From: an uncultured Rivularia sp.
GTDB lineage: Bacteria; Cyanobacteriota; Cyanobacteriia; Cyanobacteriales; Nostocaceae
Direction of reading: 5' to 3'
Length of the DNA: 64,000 nt
NCBI GenBank assembly: GCA_963665115.1
Contig: OY762007.1
Location: 1,600,001 to 1,664,000, forward strand
The notes under the pieces were generated by a model. It searched no databases and was not told the DNA's origin. It worked only from the letters and a program-made list of their open reading frames with translations. Below are positions 1 through 12,395 of the stretch, piece after piece; position 1 is the stretch's first letter; each line of letters starts with the position of its first letter. A program made the position numbers and the translations under genes.

Positions 1-109
1 ATTGTTTGGGGATAAGTTAAGGTAGCATTAAGCTGTTGACTATCACCCCAAGCAAGTTCAAATAAACAGGTTTTTTCGATTAATTGAATTTTGAGATTTA
101 AATTAGACA

Positions 110-158
110 TGGGGAATTGGGAATTGGGCATTGGGCATTGGGAATTGGTAATTGGGAA
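110..158. repeat. Short tandem heptamer repeats (STRR-like, GGGMATT units)
   Basis: About 6-7 tandem gggaatt/gggcatt/ggtaatt units, typical of heterocystous cyanobacteria. Confidence 0.8.
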
Positions 159-230
159 ACCGCCATTTTATAGTCTAAATTTTACGGTATCTTTTACGAT
201 ATTATTTAAAAAACGTTACAGATTAAGTCT

Positions 231-336
231 TAACCTCACCCTCGTTCCCTCTCCTTAACAAGGAGAGGGATGTCCGGATTCCCTTCCCTTCTCCAAAATA
301 TCGGAGAGGGGTGCCCGTAAGGGCGGGGTGAGGTTT
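231..336. repeat. REP-like palindromic intergenic repeat (related copy at 6078-6118)
   Basis: Hairpin ccctctccttaacaaggagaggg and ggggtgaggtt motif shared with 6078-6118. Confidence 0.7.
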
Positions 337-345
337 ATAAACACG

Positions 346-3300
346 TTACAAACCATTCCCAATCAACACAAATGGTGCCCAATAATAAGGATGAGTAAAA
401 GTTTTTGATTCAGGTTTTTTACCAGATGATAGTATTTCTTCTGGAATTAAACCTCCGGCTCTTTTAATATCGCTTACAGTCACATCTTTGTCATAAAGTA
501 ACTGCAATTGAGCTAAACGCATCGCTTCGGCTTTGGTAATTGGTTGTTTGCTATTAGCAAGATTATTGTAGAAGTTTTGCATCAAGGTACTGGTGCTACT
601 ATCGGCAACTTGCCATAATGAAGCGATGACTGATTTTACTTGATTTTTCAAAAAGTGATGGGCAAAAGCATTAATTTCTACACCATCTTGACGGGGACTA
701 GCTAGTGCTGTTTGACAAGCTGACAAAACAACAAGGTGAATGTCTTTAAGTGCTACTAAATTGTAAATTAATTTTGGTGTTAAAGGTTCCTCATTACCCA
801 AAAGAATGTAAGATTCATCTGGATGTTTTGGGTCAAATAAACCGTGGGTAGCTAAGTGCAAAATATTATGTCCTTTTTTGAGATTATTTTGCAAGCTATT
901 GAAGCTAAAAGTGTTATTTAAAAATGTTTGCCCTCGATATACTCCTTGTTTATCATTAGATTTTTCTTGCACGATGAAATCTAATTCTAATGGTACATTT
1001 GGTAAAGCACTGAAAGCAGGTGTATTACCTTTTTGCCGAACACCATTAGAAAGTCCCATTGCTAAGACACTTGTGCTTTGGGGTGTTAGTAACGGTGATG
1101 GTTTTTCTGTATTTACCAAACTTGCTGAAGGAGCGAGATAAATGGTGTATTTTTCTATCAAATATTGATTACCGTCAAACAAAGCACTCATAGGTACGTA
1201 CCGTGTCACCCTATCGAGTGAAAAGACCAAGTTTTTTACTGGATTTGCTTTTAATTCTGCTTCTATAGGTTTAATCAGAAAATTGTAGAGCTTTTGACTG
1301 GCTGCTTGCACTTTCGGAATTTCTTCGTCACCGCAATGATAAACTTGTTCGCAGTATTCCATTAAATCTCGAAATTCTTTGACTGCATTTCCTAATTCTT
1401 CACGTCCAACTGGAACTTTAAATGTTTTAACAACCCCTGCTTTCCCATATAATTGTATATTTAATTCTTGTTCCCCTACCAAAGGGTAAATCATTACAGT
1501 ATCGGGTTGTGCATCGATAATTTTTCTAATTATACCTAATTCTTTAGGGTCAAAGAAATTATCATCTTTACTACGATTATCGCGAATTTCTTTGTCAAGT
1601 TTTTCCAACTCTTTCATATGCTGTTGAATTAATTGATTCCGCTTATTTTCGAGTTGGGTACATTCTGGGGTTGTTGTTTGACATTTGCTTATTTGATTAC
1701 CGAGAGCAATTAAGGAATTATTTAAAACTGGAATTCGTTTTTCTGCGGGTGTAAGTGGTATTTGAGATTCTTTGCTTGTAGTCGGTTGAGTTGCAATGAA
1801 GTCTTCTATTTCCTGTCTTCTCAATAACTCTTGCACAGATAATGCTTCTTTGTCCCTTCCTTGAGAAATCAATAATTCCGCTAGTTTCTCGATAAATATC
1901 AGCAGTTTTGGTACCTTTAAAATCAACTACCGTATCTAAGAAAGAGTTTTGCAATTCCGGTGGTAAACCTTCTATTCCCCGACGGATTTCTTCAATTCCG
2001 TTGATTGCTTGCTTGTAATAACCGATAGCAATGTTGGGTTGATTTAACTTACGATAAACTCTACCCAAACCAGCATAAATTCCCCATTCACTACCAGTTG
2101 TTTTTTCAGGAGTTTGAATTGCAAGTGCTTGTTGATATGCTTTGATTGCTTCTTGATTTCTTCCAAAATTGTAATGTAAGTCTCCTAAAAGACCAAGTGC
2201 ATTTTTTTCAAAGACGGGATTTTCAACTATTTTGGAAAATTCAAAAAACTTTTGGGCTGATTTCATCGCATTTGCATCATTCATCGAGTTACCATAACCA
2301 ATACTTAACATCCGATGAGCAAAAGCTTGTAATTGTGGTACTTTGATTCGTTGGAATATTATCAAAGCTTGTTGAGATAATTCTACAGTTCTTTGTGGTT
2401 TACCTTGAGCAAAATAGGTACTAGCAAGAGCTAACAAAGCATTACCTTCGCTGCGACGGTTTTTTAGTTTTTGCGCTGTTTCTAATGCTTGTTGGTAGTA
2501 ATCGCGGCTTTTTTGATAATCTCCCAAATTGCTGTAAATATCACCTAAATTGAACTGAGGAGAAATTAATAGAGGTGGGCTTTTTAGTTGTTGAGCAATT
2601 TTTAAACTTTGTTGGGTTAATTCTAAAGCTTTTTGATAATCTTTGAGTGAAAAGTAGTAATAACCAAGATTATTTAAAGCGTTTGATTCTAATTTAGGAC
2701 TTTTCAATTCTCGTGCTATTTTCAATCCTTGCTCAATCAAATCCTTGGCTTTCGTGTATTCACCGATAACTCGATAAGCATTACCTAAATTAATTAGTAA
2801 TTCCGCTTCTTTATCCCGTTGATTAATTTTTCTCGCTAGTCTTATATTTGGTTGAGCAACAGCAATTACTTTTTGATAATTTCCTAATCGCTCGTAGATA
2901 TCGCTAAGGAAAAGTGATGCTGCGACTTCTGCTAAAAAATATTTACTTTGTCTTGATTTTTGTAAAACTTTTTGCGCTGTTTCTATTCCTTGTTCATATT
3001 TACCTTGAACCATATATGCTCTAGTAAGCTGTAATAAACCTATTAATTGTTCATTATAACTACTATTACCTTGTGCCGATTGTATTAGTTTTTTTGCAGT
3101 TTCCTCAGCTTTAATTGTATCTCCTGCAAAGTAATAAATTTCAGCCAGATTATTCAAAGCAATATTTTTATACATCCCGATATTTTCTTCTTCCACCAGA
3201 GCGTAAGCTTGTTGGGCAAATTCCAGTGCTTTTTGATATTTACCTTGCTTTTGATATATATCTGTAAACATAATCAAAGCTAAGTATTCTAAGTTAGGAT

Positions 3301-5038
3301 TATTCAATTTTTTCGCAATTGTCAAAACCTGCTGAGCATATTCTAAAGAAACGGTATAATTTCGCTGTTTGTTGTATAATCCGCTCAATTGAAGTAAAGC
3401 TTCTGCTTCTTTTTGAGGTTTATTAATTTGTCGCGCAATGCTTAAAGCTTGTTGGGATAATTCAATCGCTTTTGATAGATTATCAAAAGGATTATCGTAT
3501 AAGCCAGCTAAATTAAGCAATGCTTGTACTTCATATTCCGGTTGGTTTATAGATTGCGCTTTTTTCAAAGTTTGTTGAGCGAAATCTAACGCTTTATTGT
3601 ACTCTCCTAAATACTGGTAAGTAAGACTTATTCCTTGCAAAAGGACAACTTCATCTACTCCAATCCATTTTTGTTGAAATGGTGCTAGTTTACTAATTTC
3701 AATTTGTCGTAATATAGCTAAAGACTGTTGGTATGCTTCTAATCCTTTTTGATATTGTCCGTTATTATTGTAAGCACTACCTAAATATATTAATGCTGTG
3801 GATTCTGCCAACTTATCTTTTTGCTTTCTAGCAATTTCTAATCGTCTAAGCCGAATTTCAATTTGTTTATTAAAATCTCCTCTAAAAAAATATATTGTGT
3901 CTAGAAATGATAAAGCCGATGATTCAATATTCAAATCTTCAATTTCTTTAGCAATGCTTAATGCTTGTAGCGATACTGTTTCCGCTCTTTGATAATCTCT
4001 TAATGCTATATAAGCACTACCAAGCGAATTTAAAGCTTGAGCTTCATCATTTCGCTTTTTTAACTCCCTGGCAAGATTTACAGCTTCTTGTGCTAAATCT
4101 CTAGCACGAACAGGTTTTTTATTGAGAATATATGTTCTCGCAAGCGAATTTAGAATATCAAGTTCATCATCACGAAACTGGTTTTTTCGTGCAAATACTA
4201 ACGCTTCTTCTCCAGCTTCCGCAGCACGTTTAAAGTTACCTTGTTGAAAGTAAACCGATGCTATTTGTTTTAATGCTAAAACTTCTACTACCGGATTGTC
4301 TGCTTCGCGACTTAGCAATTTAGCTTTTTCTAAAAATTCCAAACTACTAGAATAATCCTTTAAGAAAAAATATGTTTTTCCTATGTCAAAAAGAGTATTG
4401 CTAGCTTGAAACTTATCCTCTATTTCCTGTTGAATATTTAAAGCTTGTTTTAGAAACTCTAAAGCTTTAGTATCATTATCGAAGCCATAACTATAAACTA
4501 GCCCAATTCTTCTTAAGGTTTCAGCTTCACCGCTTCTATCTTTCACCTCACGACGAATAGCTAAAGCTTGCTCTAACAACTTTAAAGCTTTGTTAAATTC
4601 CTCCTTCACAGCATAAAGCCAGCCAACATTTTGTAAAGTTTCTCCTTCACCTCTTCTATCTTTCAACTCCCGACGAATAACTAAAGCTTCCTGTAATGCT
4701 TTATCAGCTTTATCGTTTACGTTTAAGATTGTATAAACCTTACCAATATTATTTAGAGTTTGAGCAATTCCTGCTTTATCTCCCTGCTGTCGTCGGATTT
4801 TCAATACTCGCAGATAAACTTCCAGAGCTTGGGAATGTTGTCCCCGACGATATAACTTTACCCCTTGCTCGAATAGCTTATCTGCTTCTACTGTAGAGTT
4901 TTGAGCTAACAACGAGGGATTTTGAGTTAACAAACGCGACGGAGTTTCACCATATACCGGAAGACTCAGTGAAAATATTGCAGTAACCGACATCAAAGCA
5001 ATTAATTTTAAGCGGGAATACATAAACCAAACTTCCAA
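346..5038 (-). CDS. TPR-repeat protein with C-terminal CHAT (caspase-like) peptidase domain, split by one frameshift near 1885
   Basis: ORF 1718-5038 has a signal peptide and many TPRs; ORF 346-1926 has CHAT motifs HLATHG, LSACQT, SLW, HPYYWAPF; removing one base near 1885 joins ADIYR to ELAELLISQGR. Confidence 0.9.
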
Positions 5039-5113
5039 AAGATATTAATAATTTACATATAACGTTAGTAGTATTACTTAACTAATGTAAGATTACCGCG
5101 CTACGTTTATGTA

Positions 5114-5220
5114 TACAGCCCTTTGCAGCTAAATGAGGTACAAAGCTATATTCAGAAAGTCTTGTGGGATGGGCATCCCTGCCCGTCAGAATGTACTTCA
5201 CCAAAACTAAATATGCTGTA
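5114..5220. mobile_element. MITE-like element with TACAGC...GCTGTA ends and internal GC hairpin
   Basis: tatacagc / gctgtata ends, inner gtac motifs, internal gatgggcatccctgcccgtc hairpin. Confidence 0.5.
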
Positions 5221-5253
5221 TATCCTGAAGTTCGGGGGGTATGCAGTTTTTAG

Positions 5254-5306
5254 GTTCGTAGTAAGCGATTTATCGCTCTTCAAGCACTAAAGTCCTTACT
5301 ACGAAC
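5254..5306. repeat. REP-like inverted repeat
   Basis: gttcgtagtaag ... cttactacgaac perfect 12-bp arms. Confidence 0.65.
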
Positions 5307-5346
5307 TGATGCGACGTTACAGCAAAATTACGAACATAAATTGTTC

Positions 5347-5913
5347 TCACACAAACAAACGCGACACCGGACAAACAAAATCAGGTAACATCGGTGAAGT
5401 TAAATCATCCGCAACAAACAAGGTTTCTACTAACTTTAAAAGCGCTTTATCCCGTCGATAAACCTCAACTTGCTGCAATCTCCAATCCAAAATCCAATAT
5501 TCCTTTACTCCCCTAGAAGCATATAATTTCAACTTAACTTCTCTATCTCGACGTTGATTTTCAACACCTTCAGAAAGCACTTCAATAACTAATTCCGGCG
5601 CACCTGTTAAATGTCCCGCTTCATCAAGTAACATTGGCAGACGTTCTTTACTCACCCAAACCACATCGGGAATTACATTGTCCGCGTCGGTAAAAATTAT
5701 TCCTGGGGTTGGAACTGTTTCTCCTAAACCACTTGATTTTGACCATTGATCCAATTCTGTACAAGCGTTTTTAATTGCTTTTTGATGTCCCCAATGTGGT
5801 GCTCTAGTCACGAACAATTCCCCATCAATAATTTCATACCGATTGCCGTTATCTGGCAATAGCTCAATATCAGCTATAGTCCATCGTACCCGTTCTTCAG
5901 TGCTTTGGCTCAT
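5347..5913 (-). CDS. Uma2 family (DUF820) endonuclease
   Basis: RYEIIDGEL, PDVVWV, APELVIEVLS, KLKLYA..GVKEYWILD motifs. Confidence 0.92.
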   Translation of the reverse strand: MSQSTEERVRWTIADIELLPDNGNRYEIIDGELFVTRAPHWGHQKAIKNACTELDQWSKSSGLGETVPTPGIIFTDADNVIPDVVWVSKERLPMLLDEAGHLTGAPELVIEVLSEGVENQRRDREVKLKLYASRGVKEYWILDWRLQQVEVYRRDKALLKLVETLFVADDLTSPMLPDFVCPVSRLFV

Positions 5914-6116
5914 GAGATTTTCGTCTTGCGGTGTTATTGATATTTTAGCTTTAATGGAAGATGTGGGTTATGTATTTATTGTTAGTAAATTATCGATGGT
6001 GCGTTACGGCAAAACGATAACATATTTGTTTATTCCGATAACATTCCGTAGCCGTAACACACCCTACAAATACAAAATCCCCCTCTCCTTAACAAGGAGA
6101 GGGGTTAGGGGTGAGG

Positions 6117-7457
6117 TTATCGACTCATATCAAACGCAAAAGGCAACGTCAACTCAACCCCATCCCCCAAATTTACACTTACCAAAAACTTCTCATCAAA
6201 ATTCCCCACAACTCTCGTAAACAAATAACTATTCCCCAATTCCGGATTCACTTCTTGCTCTACCAAAATCCCTGTTTGGTCGCTAACTCTTAATTTTAAA
6301 TTTGTTGGTAAACTTTCTAAAGCTGGAGTACCCAATATTAATAATAACGTCCATGAATTAGGTTCTGATTCTGATAGCAAATGCCAAGTTACAGCATATA
6401 ACCTCAAGGGAACACCAGCTAAAGATAAATCTTGATAAGCACCTCTTGCTTGAACCGGAATTTCCAAACCTTTTTTTTGGAGTTGCGAGTTAATTACCGT
6501 AAATTCTTCTACAGGACTTCGCATTACTGGTTGTGGTGTAATATTCGGTAGTAAATTCCAAGTTTCTTCCGCTAATGCATCCAATTCATCCCACAACCAA
6601 CGTCCGACGTTAATTGCTGGTTGGGTAATTAATTTAAATATATCTGATAGATGTTTTTGTCTAGATGTTGTAGATGATGTTTCTTCTTGAGTTTGTAGGT
6701 TATATATCCAATCGATTAATTCTCGATTAGTTAATACTGCGGTTGCTTGTTCCCATGTTAAAGTTTCCCACAGTTCTTGTGTTTTTAATTCTGGTAATAT
6801 CCTTATAAGTTCGTTCTTAACTAGTCCTAAATTTTCAACCCGGTTTGCGGGTATTGCGGGTAAAGAAATAGCTGTTGCTTCCAAACAATTTAAATATAAT
6901 AATAATCTATCTGCTTCGTTACAAAACCAAGTTAAAGGTATTTCGTATGTCCAATCTGAATCCGGTTTTAAGTTAACACTTTGCTGTCTTGATGATAATT
7001 CGTTATAAGAGATAAATCCTTTAATTACCGCTTTTTCTTCCTCTTCTATAACTTCGACTAAAACGTAAAAATGAGGAATATATTCCGGTAAATCTATGAC
7101 TATTCTAGATATATCAACTTGTTCGTCAATAAAACTCCCGGTGGTAATCAGACAAATTTTATATTCACCTACTTTTAATTTAGCAACAGTAGGAATTACA
7201 TTAGCAAATCGCGGCTCTAAAATAGTACAGTCTTCCCGATTTACATTAAAAGAATTACCTCTTGATTCCAACCAGTTTTCAAAAGCTGATAAACTTAAAG
7301 CATTCAAATAAGTTTGCCATTGTTTCGATTCATCTTTAATTTGACCGCTAAGTTCCACTGCTTGGTTAATTTGTGACTGAGATAGAAGAATTGCTTCTGG
7401 TGGTAATTGTTCAAAATCTAGTGTCATTGGTAATATTTCTGTTGATAAGTTAGTCAT
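6117..7457 (-). CDS. DUF1822 family protein
   Basis: N-terminal WQTYLNAL, PHFYVLVEV, KGFISY pattern and C-terminal beta domain typical of cyanobacterial DUF1822. Confidence 0.8.
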   Translation of the reverse strand: MTNLSTEILPMTLDFEQLPPEAILLSQSQINQAVELSGQIKDESKQWQTYLNALSLSAFENWLESRGNSFNVNREDCTILEPRFANVIPTVAKLKVGEYKICLITTGSFIDEQVDISRIVIDLPEYIPHFYVLVEVIEEEEKAVIKGFISYNELSSRQQSVNLKPDSDWTYEIPLTWFCNEADRLLLYLNCLEATAISLPAIPANRVENLGLVKNELIRILPELKTQELWETLTWEQATAVLTNRELIDWIYNLQTQEETSSTTSRQKHLSDIFKLITQPAINVGRWLWDELDALAEETWNLLPNITPQPVMRSPVEEFTVINSQLQKKGLEIPVQARGAYQDLSLAGVPLRLYAVTWHLLSESEPNSWTLLLILGTPALESLPTNLKLRVSDQTGILVEQEVNPELGNSYLFTRVVGNFDEKFLVSVNLGDGVELTLPFAFDMSR

Positions 7458-7578
7458 GATTTGTAATTACTATTTATTTCAAAATTAATGATTATTTTTT
7501 GTTTATATATAATCTTGCGACTGCTCCCTAGAATCCAAGTATTCACATAATCTACTTGCAAATCTACTCCTTGTTGAA

Positions 7579-8898
7579 TCACTTCTTGAACCAGCCGCTT
7601 CTATTTCCGCGTCCCCCAATTAAATTAGTAACTTGCTCAGTCAGCGCAGTAGTAATTTGTGATTCTAAAGCTTGTAAATCTTCTAAAGAAGAATATTTTT
7701 TTGCTAATTCCAAAACGCGAACTTTTAATATTCTCAAAAGTTCATAAGTGACATCAGCGCGAAATTCCTTCAATTTTAACAAACGAGTGACTTGAAACTG
7801 GGCTTTCATTTCTATACGTTTGGCTATTTCTGTCATCGATAATCCCTGACAGTGAAATAATTTTAATCCTGTAATAAATTTGTTAGCTTTAATAACATCT
7901 TTACGCTGCATTTTATTCACCCGTGTTTGTGTAACGCTAGCTAACGCATTATCCAAACATTCAAGAAACTGGGGACGATATAAGTTTAAAAATTCGCTGG
8001 TTTGATTAACTTCAAGATTATCAGTAGGATTTTTAACAGCTAGATAATTATTATCTATAGATTCTGTAGCTAAATAACCACCTCTAACGTGAATTCGATA
8101 TTCTCGCAGATATCCCGCCAAGAACTGTAATTGTGACATTAAATTATTGGCAGCAACACAGTATTTACCCTGAGTTAAATTGTTTAATTTATCGCTAATT
8201 TGCTGTAATTGTTCTACAGTTGGTGGTTGACATTTACTTGTCTTTTTAGCTTTACGCTGTTGCAACCGTTGGGCGCGATAAACTTGATGGTAACTTGCCA
8301 ACAACCATTTATATTGTTGAATCTCCGTAACAGTTAACGAGTGAAATTGATCCAAAATACGCTCCAACTGTTTAGGTTGAGTATCATTAAGAATTGCCCA
8401 ATCACTCAAAAGGTAAATTCCACATTCCAACAAAAATTTACTTAAAGCTGGGTGCTGTCTTACCTTCCTATTTGTCCACGATGATAAACTACTTTGACTC
8501 GCATCAAAACTCTGTAATATTTCTAAAGAATAGCATTGGTAAGAAGTTTTCGGCTGCAATCTTCCGTCATCATCTAGTACATAGGGAAGTAAATCGCGGC
8601 TGCTAAAACCCCCAGTTATGCCAAATTGATTTTCTAAATTCAAGCAAACCTTTTCGATTTTCCAAGAAATAAAGCACAGCAGACAGCGTTGAGCATTCAC
8701 GCTCTTATCATCAGATGTATCCCCATATAAATTTAACAGTTGTAACTGAATATCCTTATTATTCGCTGTTAAGACATCGATTAACTGAGCAAATACTTGG
8801 TTAAAAAATGTCTCTGCTGAAGGAATCGACTGAACTTGGCGATTTCCCGCAGCATTAATTTTGATCAATGTCCAATAATATGTTGATGGATTAGTCAT
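7579..8898 (-). CDS. Conserved cyanobacterial protein with sigma-like C-terminal HTH; true end probably near 7507 after a homopolymer frameshift near 7615
   Basis: LFHCQGLSMTEIAK...QFQVTRLLKLK HTH-like segment; sits directly upstream of DUF1822. Confidence 0.65.
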   Translation of the reverse strand: MTNPSTYYWTLIKINAAGNRQVQSIPSAETFFNQVFAQLIDVLTANNKDIQLQLLNLYGDTSDDKSVNAQRCLLCFISWKIEKVCLNLENQFGITGGFSSRDLLPYVLDDDGRLQPKTSYQCYSLEILQSFDASQSSLSSWTNRKVRQHPALSKFLLECGIYLLSDWAILNDTQPKQLERILDQFHSLTVTEIQQYKWLLASYHQVYRAQRLQQRKAKKTSKCQPPTVEQLQQISDKLNNLTQGKYCVAANNLMSQLQFLAGYLREYRIHVRGGYLATESIDNNYLAVKNPTDNLEVNQTSEFLNLYRPQFLECLDNALASVTQTRVNKMQRKDVIKANKFITGLKLFHCQGLSMTEIAKRIEMKAQFQVTRLLKLKEFRADVTYELLRILKVRVLELAKKYSSLEDLQALESQITTALTEQVTNLIGGRGNRSGWFKK

Positions 8899-9247
8899 GC
8901 GGGCGATCGCTATTATATAAGTGCATATTAAATTACTAAGTAAATTTAACCAAGCATTTCTAGAAACAAGGCTCCTCAGTTTCCTTAACCGTCATTAATT
9001 CTTAACTCTGAGCGGCGTTGTGGTTATGCACTTTTCGTGATTTAGTGAAATTCGTTAAGGTCAAATTTGCTGAGTGCGTTATTGATAATGTTATCGGTAC
9101 CCCGGAAGATCGCAGTAAAAGGAACATCTTGTAAATAGGAAGCATGAAAATCCGCTTGTCAAACTTTATCCCAAAGTCAAATGAATTAAAATCCGCTAAA
9201 ATAAAGCTTAAATCAAATAATCATTATTATTAAATAAAAAGAGTAGA

Positions 9248-9469
9248 ATGAATGCTCAAACTGCTTATGTACCAGACAAGCTACCTTTCCTAGAATCAAT
9301 TTGCTGGCAGACTGCTAATGTTTACGAATTTACTTTAGAGGAAATGTTAGGTCGTTATGAGCGCGGTTGGAAGTATAGAAATTTGTTCAACAATCTTGGC
9401 GATGATGAACTTGAGTTTATCAAAAAAATTGCTGAGTTTTATGATTCCTGGTTGAAAGTTGAATTATGA
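9248..9469 (+). CDS. Small protein, putative antitoxin partner of AbiEii-type toxin
   Basis: YERGW motif; ATGA overlap with the downstream nucleotidyltransferase. Confidence 0.6.
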   Translation: MNAQTAYVPDKLPFLESICWQTANVYEFTLEEMLGRYERGWKYRNLFNNLGDDELEFIKKIAEFYDSWLKVEL

Positions 9470-10249
9470 ACTTCCGATTAGAACATCATAATAAAATTCT
9501 TACAATTCTTGAATCTTTGGACTTTGAAATTCTGAAAAAAGGCTCCAGCTATTTCGGGGGTGGAACTCTTCTTGCTCTTGATTTTCAAGAATATCGATGG
9601 AGTAATGATATTGATTTTTTATCTTCTGTTAGTACAGGAGGCTATAAATACTTAAGAACTGAAATATTTGACAATGGGTATGAAGTGTTATTCCACGATA
9701 TAAGTAAAATTAAAATAGGTCGTTCTACAACTGACCAGTACGGTATTAGAATGATTGTTTCCGTGGATAATCTGCCTATAAAACTAGAAATTGTTGCAGA
9801 AACTCGTTTTCAATTAGATTTACCAAGGTATACAGAATGGTCATCTGTTCCATGCTTAAGTTTAATTGACTGTTTTACCTCCAAACTACTATCAAATTCC
9901 GATAGGTATATGGACGATAGCGTACAAGCTAGGGATTTAATTGATTTAGCAATTCTGAGATTAAATTATCCAATTCCTCAATCTTCAATTGATAAAGCTG
10001 AAAATGCTTATGAAGTTATACGACCCTTTAAAAAAAGCCATACAAAATTTTCATTCTAGACCTGATTACAGGGAAAAATGTTTTACTTCTTTACAAGTAG
10101 AGAAAGCCCAAATTCCTAAAATTATTGATGGGATTGATTTACTTATCTTAGATTTAGGCTTGCCTAATATACAAAGAACTTTTCAAGAGCAACATGGTAT
10201 CCCCTCAAAATTTCGGGGTATCGGCTGTCTTGAATGTCAACTACGATAA
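9466..10249 (+). CDS. Nucleotidyltransferase AbiEii/AbiGii toxin family, frameshift near 10028
   Basis: YFGGGTLLAL, RWSNDIDF, SKLL, RDLIDL motifs; C-terminus continues in ORF 9989-10249. Confidence 0.85.
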
Positions 10250-10390
10250 AAAAAAGCAGCGGCGCAACTGGGGAACCGCTACGCTGATTTGACGGTACCA
10301 GGTAGGGGCAGATAGATTTTACATAGGCACAGAAAATAATCGTGCCCCCACCTGGCACTCCGCTGTCGCCGCCAAATCTTCCCCAGTTGC
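10248..10390 (-). ncRNA. Candidate structured RNA or palindromic element with terminator
   Basis: Nested stems 10264-10275/10379-10390, 10286-10295/10369-10378, 10295-10310/10343-10358, followed on the minus strand by a hairpin and T8. Confidence 0.45.
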
Positions 10391-10618
10391 TGGATCTCTC
10401 GTGAGAGCAACAAATAAATAAAAATAATCAAAATCAAGAAATTGATTAATAGCGGAAGTTGCAAATAAGGTAAATTGTAAATATGCTATCAAAGTAACTA
10501 AAAAAGTTTCAATCGCTTATAAAAACTATGAAGAAATAGATGTGGTTAATCCATGCACTTTACAGTATTCTACAACCAAGGATATGAGGGTTTAGCACAG
10601 TCTTAATATACAGGGGTG

Positions 10619-12307
10619 TTATTGAGGCATCCATGACCAACCATAGGAATTAGAAGAAGATTTCTTCCGAATAATTGTCCCCAAAGATGGAATATTTTCA
10701 ACTTGAGAAATGCGGTCACGCATATACTCATAAAAACTGATACCCAACTTACGAGTAGTGTCAACAAGGGACATAAAAACATCCCACGCTTTTGTGCCTT
10801 GTTTTGTCTGGGTTGCGTAACTGATGTTACGTCGTTGTACCATAGTCCTAGCAGCTAATTCGGCAGGGTTGTTATGCAATAGTAATTCTGGATGCTCCAA
10901 CACGAGAAGCAACTCGTTTACTTTCAAAGTAGTTAATCGTTTTCGCTCATCTAACTGTTGATAACCACTTTTTTCTGTAAAAAGTGTCCAAAATTCCATT
11001 TCTAGTTCGTGAGCTTTATCCCAACTTGGAGAATCTCGATAAGATAATAATTTTCTGTAATATTCCCAGAATCTTTCTAGAAAATTATCTAAAAGTTTTT
11101 GATGGCAAGGTATAAGCGGACTTAATTTCTTATAATGTCGTCCTTCATGCACCCAACAAAGAGCCAAATCCGATGTTATTAACTTGAACTGCGGAGCATC
11201 ATCGCATACTAGAGTTGTAATTACTGGTACAGTTGATTGCTGATGATAAAAAGCAATTGCTGCCGATTCATATATGCGAGAACGGTGTTGAGAACCAAGT
11301 CTACTTAAGTACTCACCAATCAAAAAATTAAACTCAGTTTCGGTAAAAGCCTTCTGTTGAGATAGTAATTTTAGTTTATTAACCCACTTAATTGGAACTT
11401 TAAAAGTCTCCAAAAGTTCATAGGTCATCTCGTTGAGAACAAAGGAGAGTTCGGTTGTGTTTTGAAATACTTTTAATACAGTCAAACGGTCTTTGTATCG
11501 CGTTGTTTGGTAAATTGTGTACAAGGGGTTACAAATCACATTTGTTGTATGGTTCACTCCTGCAACACGCGCACCTGTTTGGTCAAAGTGTTGCCAAGGA
11601 CTGCTGGCTAACCCTTCCTTGTATACTTCTTCGTATTCAGCTTCAAAATATTCTTGGTTTTTAATTAATAAATTTGATATTGTTCCTGCACTAATCGAGA
11701 TACCAATATCTTCTAAAAATTCTAATAACTTCCCTTGGGTCATGTTTCCACCATAATATAGACTCATGACCAAAGCTTTTACTCCTGGACCAAATTCACC
11801 TTCGTAACCTGTTGGTAGTTCCGCTAAATAAGTTTTTCCTGTTTCTGGTGAGTAGTATTTTTGCTTGCGGAACAGTATGTTATCTGGCTTAAGTAAAATG
11901 TCTTGGACTACTACTTCCTCATAACCCTTGAACTGTGCGTCTGCTGGTAATTGTTCTTGTGGGTAAACTACAATCTCTTCTCGGTTTATCTTGATAGACT
12001 CGTTTTTACTTGCTTTACTGTGTTCTTTTGCTATTTTTCGTTCTTTTTCTGATGAATAGTTTTTCTTAAACCCTTTGTTTTTATTCGCTTTGATGTCTGG
12101 TTTACCTTGTTCACCTTTTAAGCGGTTGTTTTCATCACGTAGTTTTTGATTTTCTTCTTCTAATTCTTTGATTTTTACATTTAGCTGTTCTATTAAGTTG
12201 AGTAATACTTCTACCGTTTGACGCACGTCCTCGTCTGCAATCTGTTTTGGGTCGATTGATTGCAATAATGCTGTGACTAATTTTTTAGATGATCGTTTTT
12301 GCGTCAT
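10619..12307 (-). CDS. IS66-like transposase
   Basis: N-terminal coiled coil, FDQTG, LVCDDA, ALCWVHEGRHY, HNNPAELAAR motifs; element ends not resolved. Confidence 0.85.
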   Translation of the reverse strand: MTQKRSSKKLVTALLQSIDPKQIADEDVRQTVEVLLNLIEQLNVKIKELEEENQKLRDENNRLKGEQGKPDIKANKNKGFKKNYSSEKERKIAKEHSKASKNESIKINREEIVVYPQEQLPADAQFKGYEEVVVQDILLKPDNILFRKQKYYSPETGKTYLAELPTGYEGEFGPGVKALVMSLYYGGNMTQGKLLEFLEDIGISISAGTISNLLIKNQEYFEAEYEEVYKEGLASSPWQHFDQTGARVAGVNHTTNVICNPLYTIYQTTRYKDRLTVLKVFQNTTELSFVLNEMTYELLETFKVPIKWVNKLKLLSQQKAFTETEFNFLIGEYLSRLGSQHRSRIYESAAIAFYHQQSTVPVITTLVCDDAPQFKLITSDLALCWVHEGRHYKKLSPLIPCHQKLLDNFLERFWEYYRKLLSYRDSPSWDKAHELEMEFWTLFTEKSGYQQLDERKRLTTLKVNELLLVLEHPELLLHNNPAELAARTMVQRRNISYATQTKQGTKAWDVFMSLVDTTRKLGISFYEYMRDRISQVENIPSLGTIIRKKSSSNSYGWSWMPQ

Positions 12308-12395
12308 GCTTCATATTCTACGACGCAAGGTGTACCTTTACCCCATTTTTTTGAGCGGATACGCAACATGATATATTTGATGACTTTTAGTTAAT

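Noticed and set aside
878..4896. Short plus-strand ORFs opposite TPR-CHAT (likewise those opposite SNF2, IS66, SelO and FtsK)
   Set aside because: Shadow ORFs of well-supported genes
10248..10410. Retron msr-msd
   Set aside because: No reverse transcriptase in the window; kept only as a generic structured-RNA candidate
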